NCBI GenBank assembly: GCA_021735445.1
Contig: JAIPHA010000001.1
Span: 24,396-88,395, forward strand
DNA length: 64,000 nucleotides
Source: Candidatus Omnitrophota bacterium
GTDB taxonomy: Bacteria; Omnitrophota; Gorgyraeia; Duberdicusellales; 4484-171
Direction: 5' to 3'
A model generated the notes under the pieces. That model was given only the letters and a program-made list of their open reading frames with translations. It made no database searches and was not told where the DNA came from. The translations under genes were made by a program, and so were the position numbers. Position 1 is the stretch's first letter. Every line of letters starts with the position of its first letter. This document shows positions 36,334-46,492 of the stretch, piece after piece.

Positions 36334-37749
36334 TTAATTGGTTTTTTTTGTTAAAAGAATCTTTAATAACTGTATATTTTTTAAACTCAATTCCTTAAAA
36401 GCTATTAGCGCGGCTATATATATTGCCAAAAAGGATATTGTGGCAGTAAAAGCAGAGAGGCCAAGCCAGGATAGAAAGAGGTAAATTATTAAAGATATAC
36501 CGGCTGGTTTCAGGGAAGAGTTAAACATACTTTGGGAATAATCTTTGGTGGCTAAGATGAAATACCCTAAAATCGGGCCGGCGGCTGCAGCGATAAGGGT
36601 TGCGGCCGCAGCTCCCGTGAAGCTAAAACGGGGTATTAATAAAAGATTAAGCCCTATATTTACTCCCGCCGATACTCCGGTAAATAAAGGGTCCAGCCTT
36701 TGTTTGTTTGAGGCAACTAATATTTGCCGGTTAACCATGCCGAAGAAATAGAATATTTGGGCAAAAATTAGGATATTTAAAGCCGGCGCGGCCGATGAGA
36801 ATTCTTGGCCGTAGATATTTATTATAATTTCCCGGGAAGAAAGGTTAATCAAGAAGGCCAACGGTATTATCAATATGGCCAGGTATTTAAAGCTTAAGCG
36901 GTAGATAGATTTAAACCTCTTGGGTTGGCGGTTATGGTATTTCGATAAGAGAGGCAACAGAGAAGCTGATAAAGCTAAAGCAATGATGTTAAATGATTCA
37001 GCGATTTTTACCGAAGCCGCATAAGTTCCCAGATAGCTGCTGCCTTTTATTTGATATAACATTAGCTGGTCTATCCTGTGCATAAAAGCAACAAATAAGG
37101 CGGTAAGAGCCAAAGGAGCCGAATGCCTGAATATTTTTTTTGATAATCGGTAGTCTATTTTAAAAACAGGTTTGATAATTTTATTTCCGGATAATACCAG
37201 AACGGTTAAAAGTAAGATATGGATAAAAATCATTGCCGTAAAAATAGAATAGATATTTCCTTTAATGATAATTATTAGGATGATGGCAGCCAAGAAAACT
37301 AAATTGGTAATAGTTTTTGAAAGAGCATATCGCTTCATGCGAAGAAATGCTTTAAAGACAGTTTTGTAGGAAGAGATTAAACTGTTTAAAATTAACAAGG
37401 TAACTATTAAAACCAGATAAGCCGGATTGATAGAACCATTTAGCGAGATGAAAATAGCAAAGACTAAAGCCAGCAAGATATGGAATAAGGCTATATTGCC
37501 TATTATTTTTTCTTTTACCGGGCTGTAGTTATTTTTGACTAATTCTTTTACGGCAACCGGCTCCAGCCAGGTATTAGCAATCATTAAGAAAAAATGGATT
37601 ATTGCTAAAATTAAAGCGTAGTCGCCAAAGTTAGCTTTACCTAAATATCTGGCTAAGATAATAGTTAAACAGAGGGAAGTTAGGGCGGTAACTATTTTTT
37701 CGGCTAAAACGAATCCGCTATTGCTGGTTATAGTTTTTAATAAATTCAT
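36334..37749 (-). CDS. Wzx-like oligosaccharide flippase (MOP superfamily)
   Basis: About 12-14 TM helices with a polysaccharide-biosynthesis-protein-like N-terminus. I chose the ATG at 37749, which forms an ATGA overlap with the upstream GT2 stop. Confidence 0.6.
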   Translation of the reverse strand: MNLLKTITSNSGFVLAEKIVTALTSLCLTIILARYLGKANFGDYALILAIIHFFLMIANTWLEPVAVKELVKNNYSPVKEKIIGNIALFHILLALVFAIFISLNGSINPAYLVLIVTLLILNSLISSYKTVFKAFLRMKRYALSKTITNLVFLAAIILIIIIKGNIYSIFTAMIFIHILLLTVLVLSGNKIIKPVFKIDYRLSKKIFRHSAPLALTALFVAFMHRIDQLMLYQIKGSSYLGTYAASVKIAESFNIIALALSASLLPLLSKYHNRQPKRFKSIYRLSFKYLAILIIPLAFLINLSSREIIINIYGQEFSSAAPALNILIFAQIFYFFGMVNRQILVASNKQRLDPLFTGVSAGVNIGLNLLLIPRFSFTGAAAATLIAAAAGPILGYFILATKDYSQSMFNSSLKPAGISLIIYLFLSWLGLSAFTATISFLAIYIAALIAFKELSLKNIQLLKILLTKKTN

Positions 37750-38582
37750 TTTTTTTTGGTTTTGTAGAAATTGTAATCCAGCCAACTGTGGTAAAAACCC
37801 ATAAAGAGATCTAAAAATAATAAATTAAAATTAGCGCTGGAGGCGTCTCGGGCAAAAAAAGAGAGAGAAAGGCGGAAATTCCGGATAATTTTTTTTATCA
37901 AGCAACTCATAGTAACCGGCTGAGGGTATTGAAAAAAAATCCACCTCCAGAATGCAGTAAGAACTGTTGTTACCGTATCTTTTCGATAGTGGTATGCTTT
38001 AGCCGAAGGCGTATAGATTAATTGATATTTGCTTTTCATGATTTTTTTTGAGATAGCGTAATCTTCATAATTGGTTTTGTATTTATTGTTATAGCCGCCC
38101 ATTTTTTTTAAAATTTCCTTTTTGTAGAGGCAGTTGTTCCCATAGAGAAAAGGAGGGTTTTTTAGGGTTTTATCTCCCCAGGATTGCCGCATGTGGACAT
38201 CCCTCCATTTGTTAGCGAGGCCTTTTTTATTTGTTTCAATCAACCTTCCTCCTGCCCCGGCTACATTTTTTCTTTTGATTTGTTTGATCAGATTTTCCAG
38301 CCAGTTGGGGCTGGCTGCAGTGTCTGCATCCAATGAAGCAAGCAGATTATTTTTTGCATTTTTTAAGGCAGTGTTTCTTGCCGCGGCGATACCTTTGTTT
38401 TTTTTATGGGTTATGATTTTTACCGGATAGTTTGATGCAATTTTTTCTAAATTGCCGCTGGAACCGTCATCTATTAGGATTATTTCATCAACCGGATAAG
38501 TCTGGATAAGTACGCTGTCTAGGCATTTTTTTAAATATTGCCTATGGTTATAGACAGGAATATAAAGACTAATTTTTTTCAT
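37746..38582 (-). CDS. GT2 family glycosyltransferase
   Basis: ISLYIPVYNHRQYL and IILIDDGSS. Confidence 0.75.
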   Translation of the reverse strand: MKKISLYIPVYNHRQYLKKCLDSVLIQTYPVDEIILIDDGSSGNLEKIASNYPVKIITHKKNKGIAAARNTALKNAKNNLLASLDADTAASPNWLENLIKQIKRKNVAGAGGRLIETNKKGLANKWRDVHMRQSWGDKTLKNPPFLYGNNCLYKKEILKKMGGYNNKYKTNYEDYAISKKIMKSKYQLIYTPSAKAYHYRKDTVTTVLTAFWRWIFFQYPQPVTMSCLIKKIIRNFRLSLSFFARDASSANFNLLFLDLFMGFYHSWLDYNFYKTKKK

Positions 38583-39666
38583 TTGCGCCTAATTCTTGAT
38601 AGAGGTTTTCTAAATTTGTAATTATTTTTTCCCAGTTGTATTCTAATTTTACTTTTTGCCGGGCTTTTTTGCCAAGGTTTTCAACTAAACCAGGATTATT
38701 AATTAGATATTTTAACTTATTTTTTAAGTCAGTACAATTACCGGATTCAAACAATATACCGGAGTTTTCCACAATCTCCTGATTTTCTTTAATTTTGCTG
38801 GTTAAAACACAGAGGCCATAACTCATTGCTTCTAATAAAGAAAGAGGCGAGCCTTCGATGCTTGAGGGTAAAATAAAAAGATAAGCGTTGCGGTAAAGGC
38901 CATCAAGAGCTTTTTCTTTTATGAATCCGGGAAATTCAATTTTTGGCCCGGCAATTCGTTTAAGGTTTAAGAAGTATTTTTTATAATAGGAAGCGGTTCC
39001 GGCTATAACCAGTTTTAGGTTTGTATTAAGCTGATTAAATGCCCGGATTAATAGATCTATTTCTTTTTCCGGGGTTAATCTCCCGACAAACAAGATATAT
39101 TTTTTTTCTTTTTTCAAAGGAGAATTGCCTATTACCGGGATATTAGTGCCATTGGGGATGTAGAAAAAACTTTTTTTAAATTTATCGTGAAAATAAGATT
39201 TAAGGTTTTTAGATACTACTATTGTTCTATCGGGAAAATAACCGGCCGCGTATTCACCAATTTTTAAGACAATTTTAGGTACAATACCCCATTTTTTTCT
39301 TTGCCAATCCAGGCCGTGGACAGTAACTACTACTTTTTTATTAAATATTTTAGGCAGAAAAGAAAATAGAGCCGGGCCCAAAGCGTGAATGTGTACGATA
39401 TCGACATTAAAATTAAAAAAGAGAAGGTGAAGAAGTGATAAAACAGTGTGGCTGCAGGTCTCTAAGTACCTGTTTTTTAAAGCCGGCAGATAAATCAGTT
39501 TTATATTTTTATGATTAATTTTTTGAAAATAATTATGGTTGTTTTGACAATAGGCATGGATTAAATGGCCGCGGTTTGCCAGGCGCAGAGCGGTTTCTTT
39601 TAGAGATTTTTCTATCCCTGAATATTGAGAAGTTATGCCTCTTGTGCCGATGATTGCTATTTTCAT
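38569..39666 (-). CDS. GT4 family glycosyltransferase (GT-B)
   Basis: FVGRLTPEKEIDLL and SSIEGSPLSLLEAMSYGLCVLTS (the E-x7-E region). Confidence 0.8.
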   Translation of the reverse strand: MKIAIIGTRGITSQYSGIEKSLKETALRLANRGHLIHAYCQNNHNYFQKINHKNIKLIYLPALKNRYLETCSHTVLSLLHLLFFNFNVDIVHIHALGPALFSFLPKIFNKKVVVTVHGLDWQRKKWGIVPKIVLKIGEYAAGYFPDRTIVVSKNLKSYFHDKFKKSFFYIPNGTNIPVIGNSPLKKEKKYILFVGRLTPEKEIDLLIRAFNQLNTNLKLVIAGTASYYKKYFLNLKRIAGPKIEFPGFIKEKALDGLYRNAYLFILPSSIEGSPLSLLEAMSYGLCVLTSKIKENQEIVENSGILFESGNCTDLKNKLKYLINNPGLVENLGKKARQKVKLEYNWEKIITNLENLYQELGANEKN

Positions 39667-39672
39667 TCGATT

Positions 39673-41130
39673 TTATCGATTAATTAAGTATTTTAAAAAT
39701 CTTAATAGGGATTTTACCCTGAAATTAAATTGAGCTAGTGAATTAATTTTAGCCAGTTCTTTAAGAATAAAACGGGCCGATAAATATTGCCGAAGATAAT
39801 TCATTTTTACTATTTTTTTTAATTCTTTCGCCGAGATATTAGGCAGGTTTAGCTGAGCCTGGCGGAGATTGTCAGAAGGGATAAAATCTTTGTATTTAAG
39901 CCATCCGTTTTTCTTTGCCGTTTGATACAAGAATGTATTGGGCAGGGGGGAGGCAATCGCATAATGGACAAAAAAGGATTTATTTTTTTTAACCTTTTTA
40001 ATATTTTCTGATATGGTTTCTTTTGTCTCCAGCTGAGAACATCCCAGAAGAAGCGAGATCTCGGCTTCTATTTTACAATCTTTAACCAGCTTGATCGCTT
40101 TGTAAATATCGGCCAGATTAAGGCCTTTTTTAATATCATTAAGTATCGATTGATTAAAAGATTCAGTACCGATATATATCAGGCTGCAGCCGGCTTCTCT
40201 CATCAAAGCAAGGATTTGTTTATCTTTTAGGTAATCGGCGCGGGCGCAACAGATCCATTTTAAATTTAATTTTTTAATTGCTTCACAGATTGCTATTGTC
40301 CTTTCTTTATCCCAGATAAATTGGTTGTCGCAAATCTCTACCGCTTGGTAGCCCAGAGAAGCTATTTGTTTGAATTCTTCAATCACTTTCCGGGCCGATT
40401 TCAGCCTAAGAGGAGGTTTTTCCGGATTTGATTTTTTATACTCCAGCTCTATAGCCTGGTCTATAGCCTGGGGGGCGCAATAGCTGCAGCCATACTTGCA
40501 GCCTCGGGAAGCAGAGAGGATAGTGGCCGGCCCCTGGCTGAGCCTGTTGAAGAAGTATTTTCCTTTTATTAGTTGATAATCGGGAGAACAAAGTTTATCT
40601 AAATTAATTAACTTTCCGCAAGGATTAGAGATAACTTTATTTTTTTTTAAAAAGGATAAATTGTTAAGATTAAAATAGCCGGATTTACCTTCTATTATTG
40701 TTTCTGTTAAACGGCTGAAAGGCCTTTCCGGTTCTCCCCTGATAACAAAATAGTTTTTCTTTTTTAAAAACAACTCTGGTTTCCAGGTGGGATAGGCGCC
40801 GCTAAAAATTATTTTTACATCTTTTATTCGGTTTGAAATTATTTCGGCAGCTAAAAGATCTTCTTTTAACGATAGCCATACACTGAAAAAAACAACTATT
40901 TTTATAGATAGATTTTTTTTGATAAAGGCGGTAAAATCTTTTAAATTATATCCTTCTGCGGGGCAATCAAGAAAACGTGTTTTATAGTTTGCCTCTTTTG
41001 CAAGAGTAGCTAGCTGGATGAGGTGAATCGAGGGCTTATAATCAAAGCCATAGTTGCATCCATAGACTCTATCTACCGGCATTTTTTTCGAATTTAACTG
41101 TTTGGGGGGGATAAGGAATAGAATATCCAT
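39673..41130 (-). CDS. B12-binding-domain radical SAM protein
   Basis: An N-terminal B12-binding-like domain, then SASRGCKYGCSYC. Confidence 0.7.
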   Translation of the reverse strand: MDILFLIPPKQLNSKKMPVDRVYGCNYGFDYKPSIHLIQLATLAKEANYKTRFLDCPAEGYNLKDFTAFIKKNLSIKIVVFFSVWLSLKEDLLAAEIISNRIKDVKIIFSGAYPTWKPELFLKKKNYFVIRGEPERPFSRLTETIIEGKSGYFNLNNLSFLKKNKVISNPCGKLINLDKLCSPDYQLIKGKYFFNRLSQGPATILSASRGCKYGCSYCAPQAIDQAIELEYKKSNPEKPPLRLKSARKVIEEFKQIASLGYQAVEICDNQFIWDKERTIAICEAIKKLNLKWICCARADYLKDKQILALMREAGCSLIYIGTESFNQSILNDIKKGLNLADIYKAIKLVKDCKIEAEISLLLGCSQLETKETISENIKKVKKNKSFFVHYAIASPLPNTFLYQTAKKNGWLKYKDFIPSDNLRQAQLNLPNISAKELKKIVKMNYLRQYLSARFILKELAKINSLAQFNFRVKSLLRFLKYLINR

Positions 41131-42378
41131 TTATTTAGCTAGTGGCAATTCGTTTTTGATTAGTTGTCTGTATATTTTTATTATTTTTTGGTAATGGCTG
41201 TTTTCATTGTTAAAGGTATCTATTTTTTCTTTTGCATTTTGCCCGATTTTTTTAGCTATTTCCGGATTGGCCAGCAGGTATTTAATTTTTTCGGCAAGCT
41301 CACGATGGTTGCCCGGTGAAAATAATATGCCGGTTTTATTATCAGTTATTATTTCAGGGAGAGCTCCTATTTTTGACGCAAGAATGGGCTTACTCGCCTT
41401 AGAGGCTTCGTAGGCAACTAAGCTGGAGGCCTCCGGCCATAGGGAAGGGATGATAACTAGATAAGCATTTTTTACGATGCCGGCCAATTCGTTATTTTTT
41501 TTATAGCCTAAAAATCCGACATTCTTTAGCCGGTAAGTTTTAACTAAATTTTTTAAGTTTTGCTGGTAAGGGCCGGAACCGGCGATTTTTACGGCGGTGG
41601 TAGGTATGTATTGCGCGGCTTTTAATAAAACCTGGACACCTTTTTTATGGGTCAGATTCCCAAAGTAGAGGATATAATGGCCTTTGCTGTATCCTGAGTC
41701 GAATTTTTTTAAATTTATCGCATGGGGAAGATAAGTTATCTTGTCTTTTTTGATGCCAAAATCAATTAATCTTTTTTTTACAAAGCGGGAAGGGGCAATA
41801 AATAAATCTATATTTTTTGTATATATTTTTGTGATTTTACAAAAATACATTTCCAGGCAAGCCAGAAAGCTTTTTAGGTAGGAATTTTTTATGCATCTGT
41901 ACCTGACCGCATTAAAATATTTATGCCTTCGGCATTTCTGGCAATATTGATTATTGGTAAAGAGTGAATAATTTGGGCAGATAATCTTATAGTCGTGGAT
42001 AGTCATAACTGTAGGTATTTTTTTCTTCTTAAGCAGGCAGAGAATAGAGCTGGACAGATGGTGGTAGATGTTATGGATATGGGCAAGGTCGGGCCGGACA
42101 TCGTCTATTAACCGGGCGATTTTTCTTTTAGCGGAAAAAGAATAGATTAAATCCAAAGAGAGTTTTAGATTATAAATAATTCCTTTTTGCCCGGAGCTGT
42201 TGAAGTCTTTTTGGCTAACAAAGTATTTAGAATAAGGGGAAGGTTGATTCCGGTTGTTTTGGCTGGCGAAGGTGATTATCTTGTTACCATTTTTTTTTAA
42301 GATTTTTTTTAAATCAAATAAGTATCTTTCTGTCCCTCCTGCTAAAAAGTTGAATTTATTACAAATTAGTATTTTCAT
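41131..42378 (-). CDS. GT4 family glycosyltransferase with an inserted Cys cluster
   Basis: LYFGNLTHKKGVQVLL and WPEASSLVAYEASKASKPILASKIGALPEI. A CPNY...CQKCRRH...C insertion lies in the N-terminal domain. Confidence 0.75.
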   Translation of the reverse strand: MKILICNKFNFLAGGTERYLFDLKKILKKNGNKIITFASQNNRNQPSPYSKYFVSQKDFNSSGQKGIIYNLKLSLDLIYSFSAKRKIARLIDDVRPDLAHIHNIYHHLSSSILCLLKKKKIPTVMTIHDYKIICPNYSLFTNNQYCQKCRRHKYFNAVRYRCIKNSYLKSFLACLEMYFCKITKIYTKNIDLFIAPSRFVKKRLIDFGIKKDKITYLPHAINLKKFDSGYSKGHYILYFGNLTHKKGVQVLLKAAQYIPTTAVKIAGSGPYQQNLKNLVKTYRLKNVGFLGYKKNNELAGIVKNAYLVIIPSLWPEASSLVAYEASKASKPILASKIGALPEIITDNKTGILFSPGNHRELAEKIKYLLANPEIAKKIGQNAKEKIDTFNNENSHYQKIIKIYRQLIKNELPLAK

Positions 42379-42431
42379 TATTTTTAATCATTTTAATGAA
42401 ATGGAAACACTTGTCAACCAAGACTAGGTTA

Positions 42432-43271
42432 TTATCTAGTTAATAGCCCGGTGAAATAGCCAAAGCTTAAAATTGTTTTAAAGAGGAAAGTGAGTTGGAA
42501 AGTAACCAGAAACCGGATTGGATTGATAATTAAAATTAGAAAATTTTGGCAGATAGTTTTGTATTTTCTATTTATTTTAGCTAAAAAGTAACCTTCCCGA
42601 TAGCTTCTTTTTAAGAGAGAGGCAATTCTTAACTTAGATTGGCTAATAGCATGAAAGACAACCGCCTTTTTGCTAAAGCCCATTTTAAAGTTGTTTTCTA
42701 AAGCTTTGGCGGCCCTGTCAATATCTTCGCCATATTGTGAGTATTTGGCAATAAGCGGTGAAAAGCGGCCCCGGATAGGCATTTCCCGAACCGGTTTTAA
42801 GACATAATCCCGATAAGCTACATTAGAACCTAAAGGCAGTAACTTATGGTTTACTTCATCCTGTAAGCCTATTAACCAATTCAGTGAAGGCTGCCACCAC
42901 CAGGGGAAATTTATTTTGTTGCCGAGTTTAACGGCCCCTCCGATAAAATCATAATTTTTTAGGGTGTTTTCAAGGTTTTTTAGCCAGTCCTGAGAAGGCC
43001 GGCAATCATCGTCGGTAAAAGCGATTATCTTTCCCCGGCAGTTATTTATTCCGAGGTTTTTGCAAGTTCTTAGATTTGTCCTTCGGTGAAGGGGTATGAA
43101 TTTAATTCTATTTAAAAAGTTATTTTTTATAAAAGAAGTTGTTTTATCGCAAGAGCCGTTATCGATAACGATTATTTCGTAAGCGCTGTTTATGTTTTGG
43201 GTTAGAAGAGATTCCAGGCATTTTGTTAAAAGGTACTTCCTGTTGTAGGTTACTACTATTATACTGATCAT
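42432..43271 (-). CDS. GT2 family glycosyltransferase
   Basis: ISIIVVTYNRKYLL and IIAFTDDDC. Confidence 0.75.
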   Translation of the reverse strand: MISIIVVTYNRKYLLTKCLESLLTQNINSAYEIIVIDNGSCDKTTSFIKNNFLNRIKFIPLHRRTNLRTCKNLGINNCRGKIIAFTDDDCRPSQDWLKNLENTLKNYDFIGGAVKLGNKINFPWWWQPSLNWLIGLQDEVNHKLLPLGSNVAYRDYVLKPVREMPIRGRFSPLIAKYSQYGEDIDRAAKALENNFKMGFSKKAVVFHAISQSKLRIASLLKRSYREGYFLAKINRKYKTICQNFLILIINPIRFLVTFQLTFLFKTILSFGYFTGLLTR

Positions 43272-45538
43272 TTAAGATTTATTTTTAGGGATAAAAGTCT
43301 GTTTTTGCCTTTTGACAAAAAGATTTTACCTTCTTTGCTTTGGTAGTTTATCCAGCGCAGCCTTTTGTTGTATCTTAACATTTTTTTTATTTTGAATTTG
43401 TTAATCGTTAGAGTAGATTCTATTTTAGGAAAATGATGGTAAGGGCTGTTTATAGTTATTGAGTTGTCTTGGGAAACAAAATATTTTTCGCTATATTGAA
43501 GAACTTTTTTTACGCGAAAATCCCCGTTTTTTTCGTTTGCCCGGTATTGTTTATAGAAGTGAGGAAAAATTAAAGCAAACGAAGGTTGTGTTATTAAGGC
43601 GTCTTTGGTTGCGATAAAATCCAGGTTAAAGATTAATGTTTGGCTGTCTTTTAAGTAAAAACTCCATCTTTCTTTTATGGAAACGCCGGGCCAGGCCGCG
43701 GTTGCCTCCAGGCTATTTGCGCTTTTTTCGGTAATGTTCCATTTTGCGTTGGTGGTAAAAAACGTTTTATTTTTATATTTAAATCTGCCGAAAGCTCCTG
43801 TTGAGGCTAATAAAGGCACTTTTTTAGAGAGCAGGTGCAGAAAACCATCCCGGAAGTAGAGGCTTAAGCCATTTTTTGATATTTTTACAGGCTTCTTTTT
43901 TCTTTTAAATATCAGAAAATTATTCCCCGATAAATAAGGAACTTTCCCAAGGAAAGAAAAATTAGATTTTTTTTCCTTAAATGTTTTTCTCGTGGATATA
44001 AACTTTGATTTTAATTGCGGCATTTCGCTTATTTCGTTTATCTCTTTCTCCGGCATTCTCTCCAGCATAACTAGATAATCAGCGGCATTTATAAGGGTGG
44101 CGGGGGAATCTATTTCCTGATAAGAAGTTTCTTCGCTTAAAGAGGTTGAGGTCGTATAAAAAGGATAATTTTTTATAGCGCTAAGGTAAGCCATTGGTTC
44201 ATAAGTGTTTGGAGCAGGGCTGAGAAAGAAGATATTCCGATAGTAAGGAAGGGTTTGTGAGTCATGCTTAGAAATTAGCGACAATATTTTTTGGTTGGGA
44301 TAAACATTACGGCTTGGGGTAGAAGTTTTAGCTTGGCTGTTGCGAAAAATAAGGTCATTCTTTTTGGGCCAAAAACCGAATCCGTAGGAGATTGCAAGCT
44401 GTTGGAGGATGCCAAATATGACAATTATTGTGATGCCCAGATTTCTAATTTTTTTATGGCTTATCTTTGTTATGGCAATAGCTGAAATGATTGCCATTGC
44501 CGGGAGGATAGGCATAAGGTATCTTTGATCTTTGGGAAGGTAGAAAAGCGCGCCCAAAAGCAATAATGGCGCAATTAACCAAAGGTAGATTATTTTTTTA
44601 TAGAGAGGTTTAATTTTTATCCGGATAAAGGATATTAAACTAAGGGAAAAAACTATCGAAAATAAAGGAAGCAAAGAGTTGTTAAATATTTCTTGAATTG
44701 ACCAGAAGATAAATTTTAGGCTTGTTGCCAGCCAATGGGTTATTAAGGCCAAGACTGAGCCGTGGGGGGCCGAATAGGTAGGATTGAGCCAGGAGGAAAA
44801 AGTAAGGCGTGACCATATCTCATATATTTTTAATTTTAAAAAGGGGAAGGTAAATATAGCAATTATAGCTATGCCGGCTGCGGCAACTGTTATCTTTTTT
44901 GTTTTGTTACCAGCTGATTTTGTGGCTTTAATTAGAACCAGCAAAAAAGGAGCAGCCAGCATTCCCAAAAAATTAATAGATTTTATCAATAAGCCCAGAG
45001 CCGCCGAGGCAAAGAAAAGGAGGGTGTATTTATAGTTAGAGAATAATTTTGATTTTATCAGAAAATAGACAGCAAGGCTGACTGTAGCAGTAAGCGGTAA
45101 ATCCAACATATATATTTTTAGGTGATTAAATATCAGCGGATAAACGCTGATTATAAATGCTGCCAGAATTCCGGCTTTTTTGTTGGCTAAGTTTTTCGCG
45201 ATTCCATAAGTAGAAAGGATGAGAATAGTTATAAATATTGCGCTATTTACCAAGACGCCCGAGTCTTGGCTAATACCGGTAAGAAAATAAAAAGGAGCTG
45301 TTAGGTAGGCTATTAAAACACCGTGCCAGCGGTAATGAATTAACCGGTCAAGAACACGGGGGAGGAGAGGGATAAGATTGCTCTTAATTTCATCAAATAC
45401 AGAAAGGCTTAAAAGAAAATGGTGGTGGGAGTCATGTATTAAATAAGTTTGGTCAATATTTAACCAAATTATAAGATTAATTATCTGTAATAAAATGACA
45501 ATAAGCAGAACTAGCGGTACGGTTATTTTTTTCGGCAT
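43268..45538 (-). CDS. GT-C membrane glycosyltransferase (ArnT/PMT-like) with large C-terminal soluble domain
   Basis: 756 aa with about 11 N-terminal TM helices and an ArnT-like loop (RWHGVLIAYLTAPFYFLTG), followed by roughly 350 aa of non-membrane sequence. Confidence 0.5.
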   Translation of the reverse strand: MPKKITVPLVLLIVILLQIINLIIWLNIDQTYLIHDSHHHFLLSLSVFDEIKSNLIPLLPRVLDRLIHYRWHGVLIAYLTAPFYFLTGISQDSGVLVNSAIFITILILSTYGIAKNLANKKAGILAAFIISVYPLIFNHLKIYMLDLPLTATVSLAVYFLIKSKLFSNYKYTLLFFASAALGLLIKSINFLGMLAAPFLLVLIKATKSAGNKTKKITVAAAGIAIIAIFTFPFLKLKIYEIWSRLTFSSWLNPTYSAPHGSVLALITHWLATSLKFIFWSIQEIFNNSLLPLFSIVFSLSLISFIRIKIKPLYKKIIYLWLIAPLLLLGALFYLPKDQRYLMPILPAMAIISAIAITKISHKKIRNLGITIIVIFGILQQLAISYGFGFWPKKNDLIFRNSQAKTSTPSRNVYPNQKILSLISKHDSQTLPYYRNIFFLSPAPNTYEPMAYLSAIKNYPFYTTSTSLSEETSYQEIDSPATLINAADYLVMLERMPEKEINEISEMPQLKSKFISTRKTFKEKKSNFSFLGKVPYLSGNNFLIFKRKKKPVKISKNGLSLYFRDGFLHLLSKKVPLLASTGAFGRFKYKNKTFFTTNAKWNITEKSANSLEATAAWPGVSIKERWSFYLKDSQTLIFNLDFIATKDALITQPSFALIFPHFYKQYRANEKNGDFRVKKVLQYSEKYFVSQDNSITINSPYHHFPKIESTLTINKFKIKKMLRYNKRLRWINYQSKEGKIFLSKGKNRLLSLKINLK

Positions 45539-45620
45539 GGCTTAAAAATTATATCTTGAACAGGCATCAGACGCAACCATTATATGTTTTCTTTCTTTTT
45601 CTTTCTTTTTTAAAGTGGTC

Positions 45621-45629
45621 TGATATAAT
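45621..45629 (+). promoter_or_regulatory. extended -10 element TGaTATAAT in a divergent intergenic region
   Basis: An exact TGnTATAAT in the 174-bp gap between the divergently transcribed operons. Confidence 0.3.
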
Positions 45630-45652
45630 TAAAAAATTGACGGTAAACAGCT

Positions 45653-45681
45653 TTGACAAAAAATAGGAAAAGAGATATGAT
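45653..45681 (+). promoter_or_regulatory. sigma70-like promoter candidate, TTGACA-17 nt-TATGAT
   Basis: A consensus -35, a 17-nt spacer and a near-consensus -10, lying 32 nt upstream of the 45713 ATG (Wzm-like gene). Confidence 0.4.
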
Positions 45682-45712
45682 TTATTCTAAGTTTTAAGCA
45701 AAAAATAGTAAG

Positions 45713-46492
45713 ATGATTATAAACAGAATAAAAAAACTCTTTTATCAGCGCGATATCTTAGCGGAGATGGTTTTTAAGCAGTTTAGGGCCAGTTATTCCG
45801 GAGCGATGTTGGGGGTCTGGTGGGCTATAATCATTCCTTGTATTCTCGCTGTCTGTATAAATATAATTTTTACCACTGTTTTTAAAATAAACATCGAAAA
45901 TTTCACTTTTTTTGTGCTTTCGGGGATATTGCCCTGGTTGTTTTTTTCGGCAGCGGTGGTTGAGGCTACTAACTCATTTTTAACCGATGCCGCAATGTTT
46001 AGGCAAAAAATGCTGCCTTTGGAGTTTGTGCCGTTTAAATCTGTATTATCTAATTTTTTAAGTTTTTTAATCGGCATCGGTTTTCTTTTGCCTTTTTTTA
46101 TTATTTCTAATATCCAAATTATTAAAGTTTTACCGGCTTTAATTTTTGTGTTTATCTTTAATTTAATTTTTATTTTGGGGTTGTCTCTTATTTTTGCCGT
46201 GATCAATGTTTATTCCCGGGACATAATTCATTTTCTCTCTGTGGGCCTGATGGTTTGGTTTTGGATTACTCCTGTTTTTTATTCTTTGAATATGGTGCCT
46301 TATCCCTACCGTTGGATATCTATTTTAAATCCCATGACCTATTATGTAACTTCTTACCGCAGTATTTTATTTTACGGTAAGCTCCCTTCTTTACCGGTAG
46401 CAGTTACGGGCATTGTTTTAGCTTTAATTTTTATTATAGCCGGGAATTTATTTTTAATTAAAAAAGAACCGTCACTATTAAAACAACTATGA
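45713..46492 (+). CDS. ABC-2 type transporter permease (Wzm/TagG-like polysaccharide exporter)
   Basis: 259 aa with 6 TM helices, and the ABC-2 start DILAEMVFKQFRASYSGAMLGVWWAII. Confidence 0.75.
   Translation: MIINRIKKLFYQRDILAEMVFKQFRASYSGAMLGVWWAIIIPCILAVCINIIFTTVFKINIENFTFFVLSGILPWLFFSAAVVEATNSFLTDAAMFRQKMLPLEFVPFKSVLSNFLSFLIGIGFLLPFFIISNIQIIKVLPALIFVFIFNLIFILGLSLIFAVINVYSRDIIHFLSVGLMVWFWITPVFYSLNMVPYPYRWISILNPMTYYVTSYRSILFYGKLPSLPVAVTGIVLALIFIIAGNLFLIKKEPSLLKQL

Noticed and set aside
36326-36334. Looked for an intrinsic terminator at the convergent junction between the PglC-like gene and the Wzx-like gene
   Set aside because: The stops are under 10 bp apart, with no GC-rich hairpin followed by a T-run. 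Only an A/T-rich stretch is present.
45591-45610. Tandem CTTTCTTTTT decamer in the divergent intergenic region as a possible regulatory or slippage repeat
   Set aside because: There are only two copies within a generally pyrimidine-rich AT tract. It cannot be distinguished from compositional bias, so it is mentioned only as part of the promoter-region finding.
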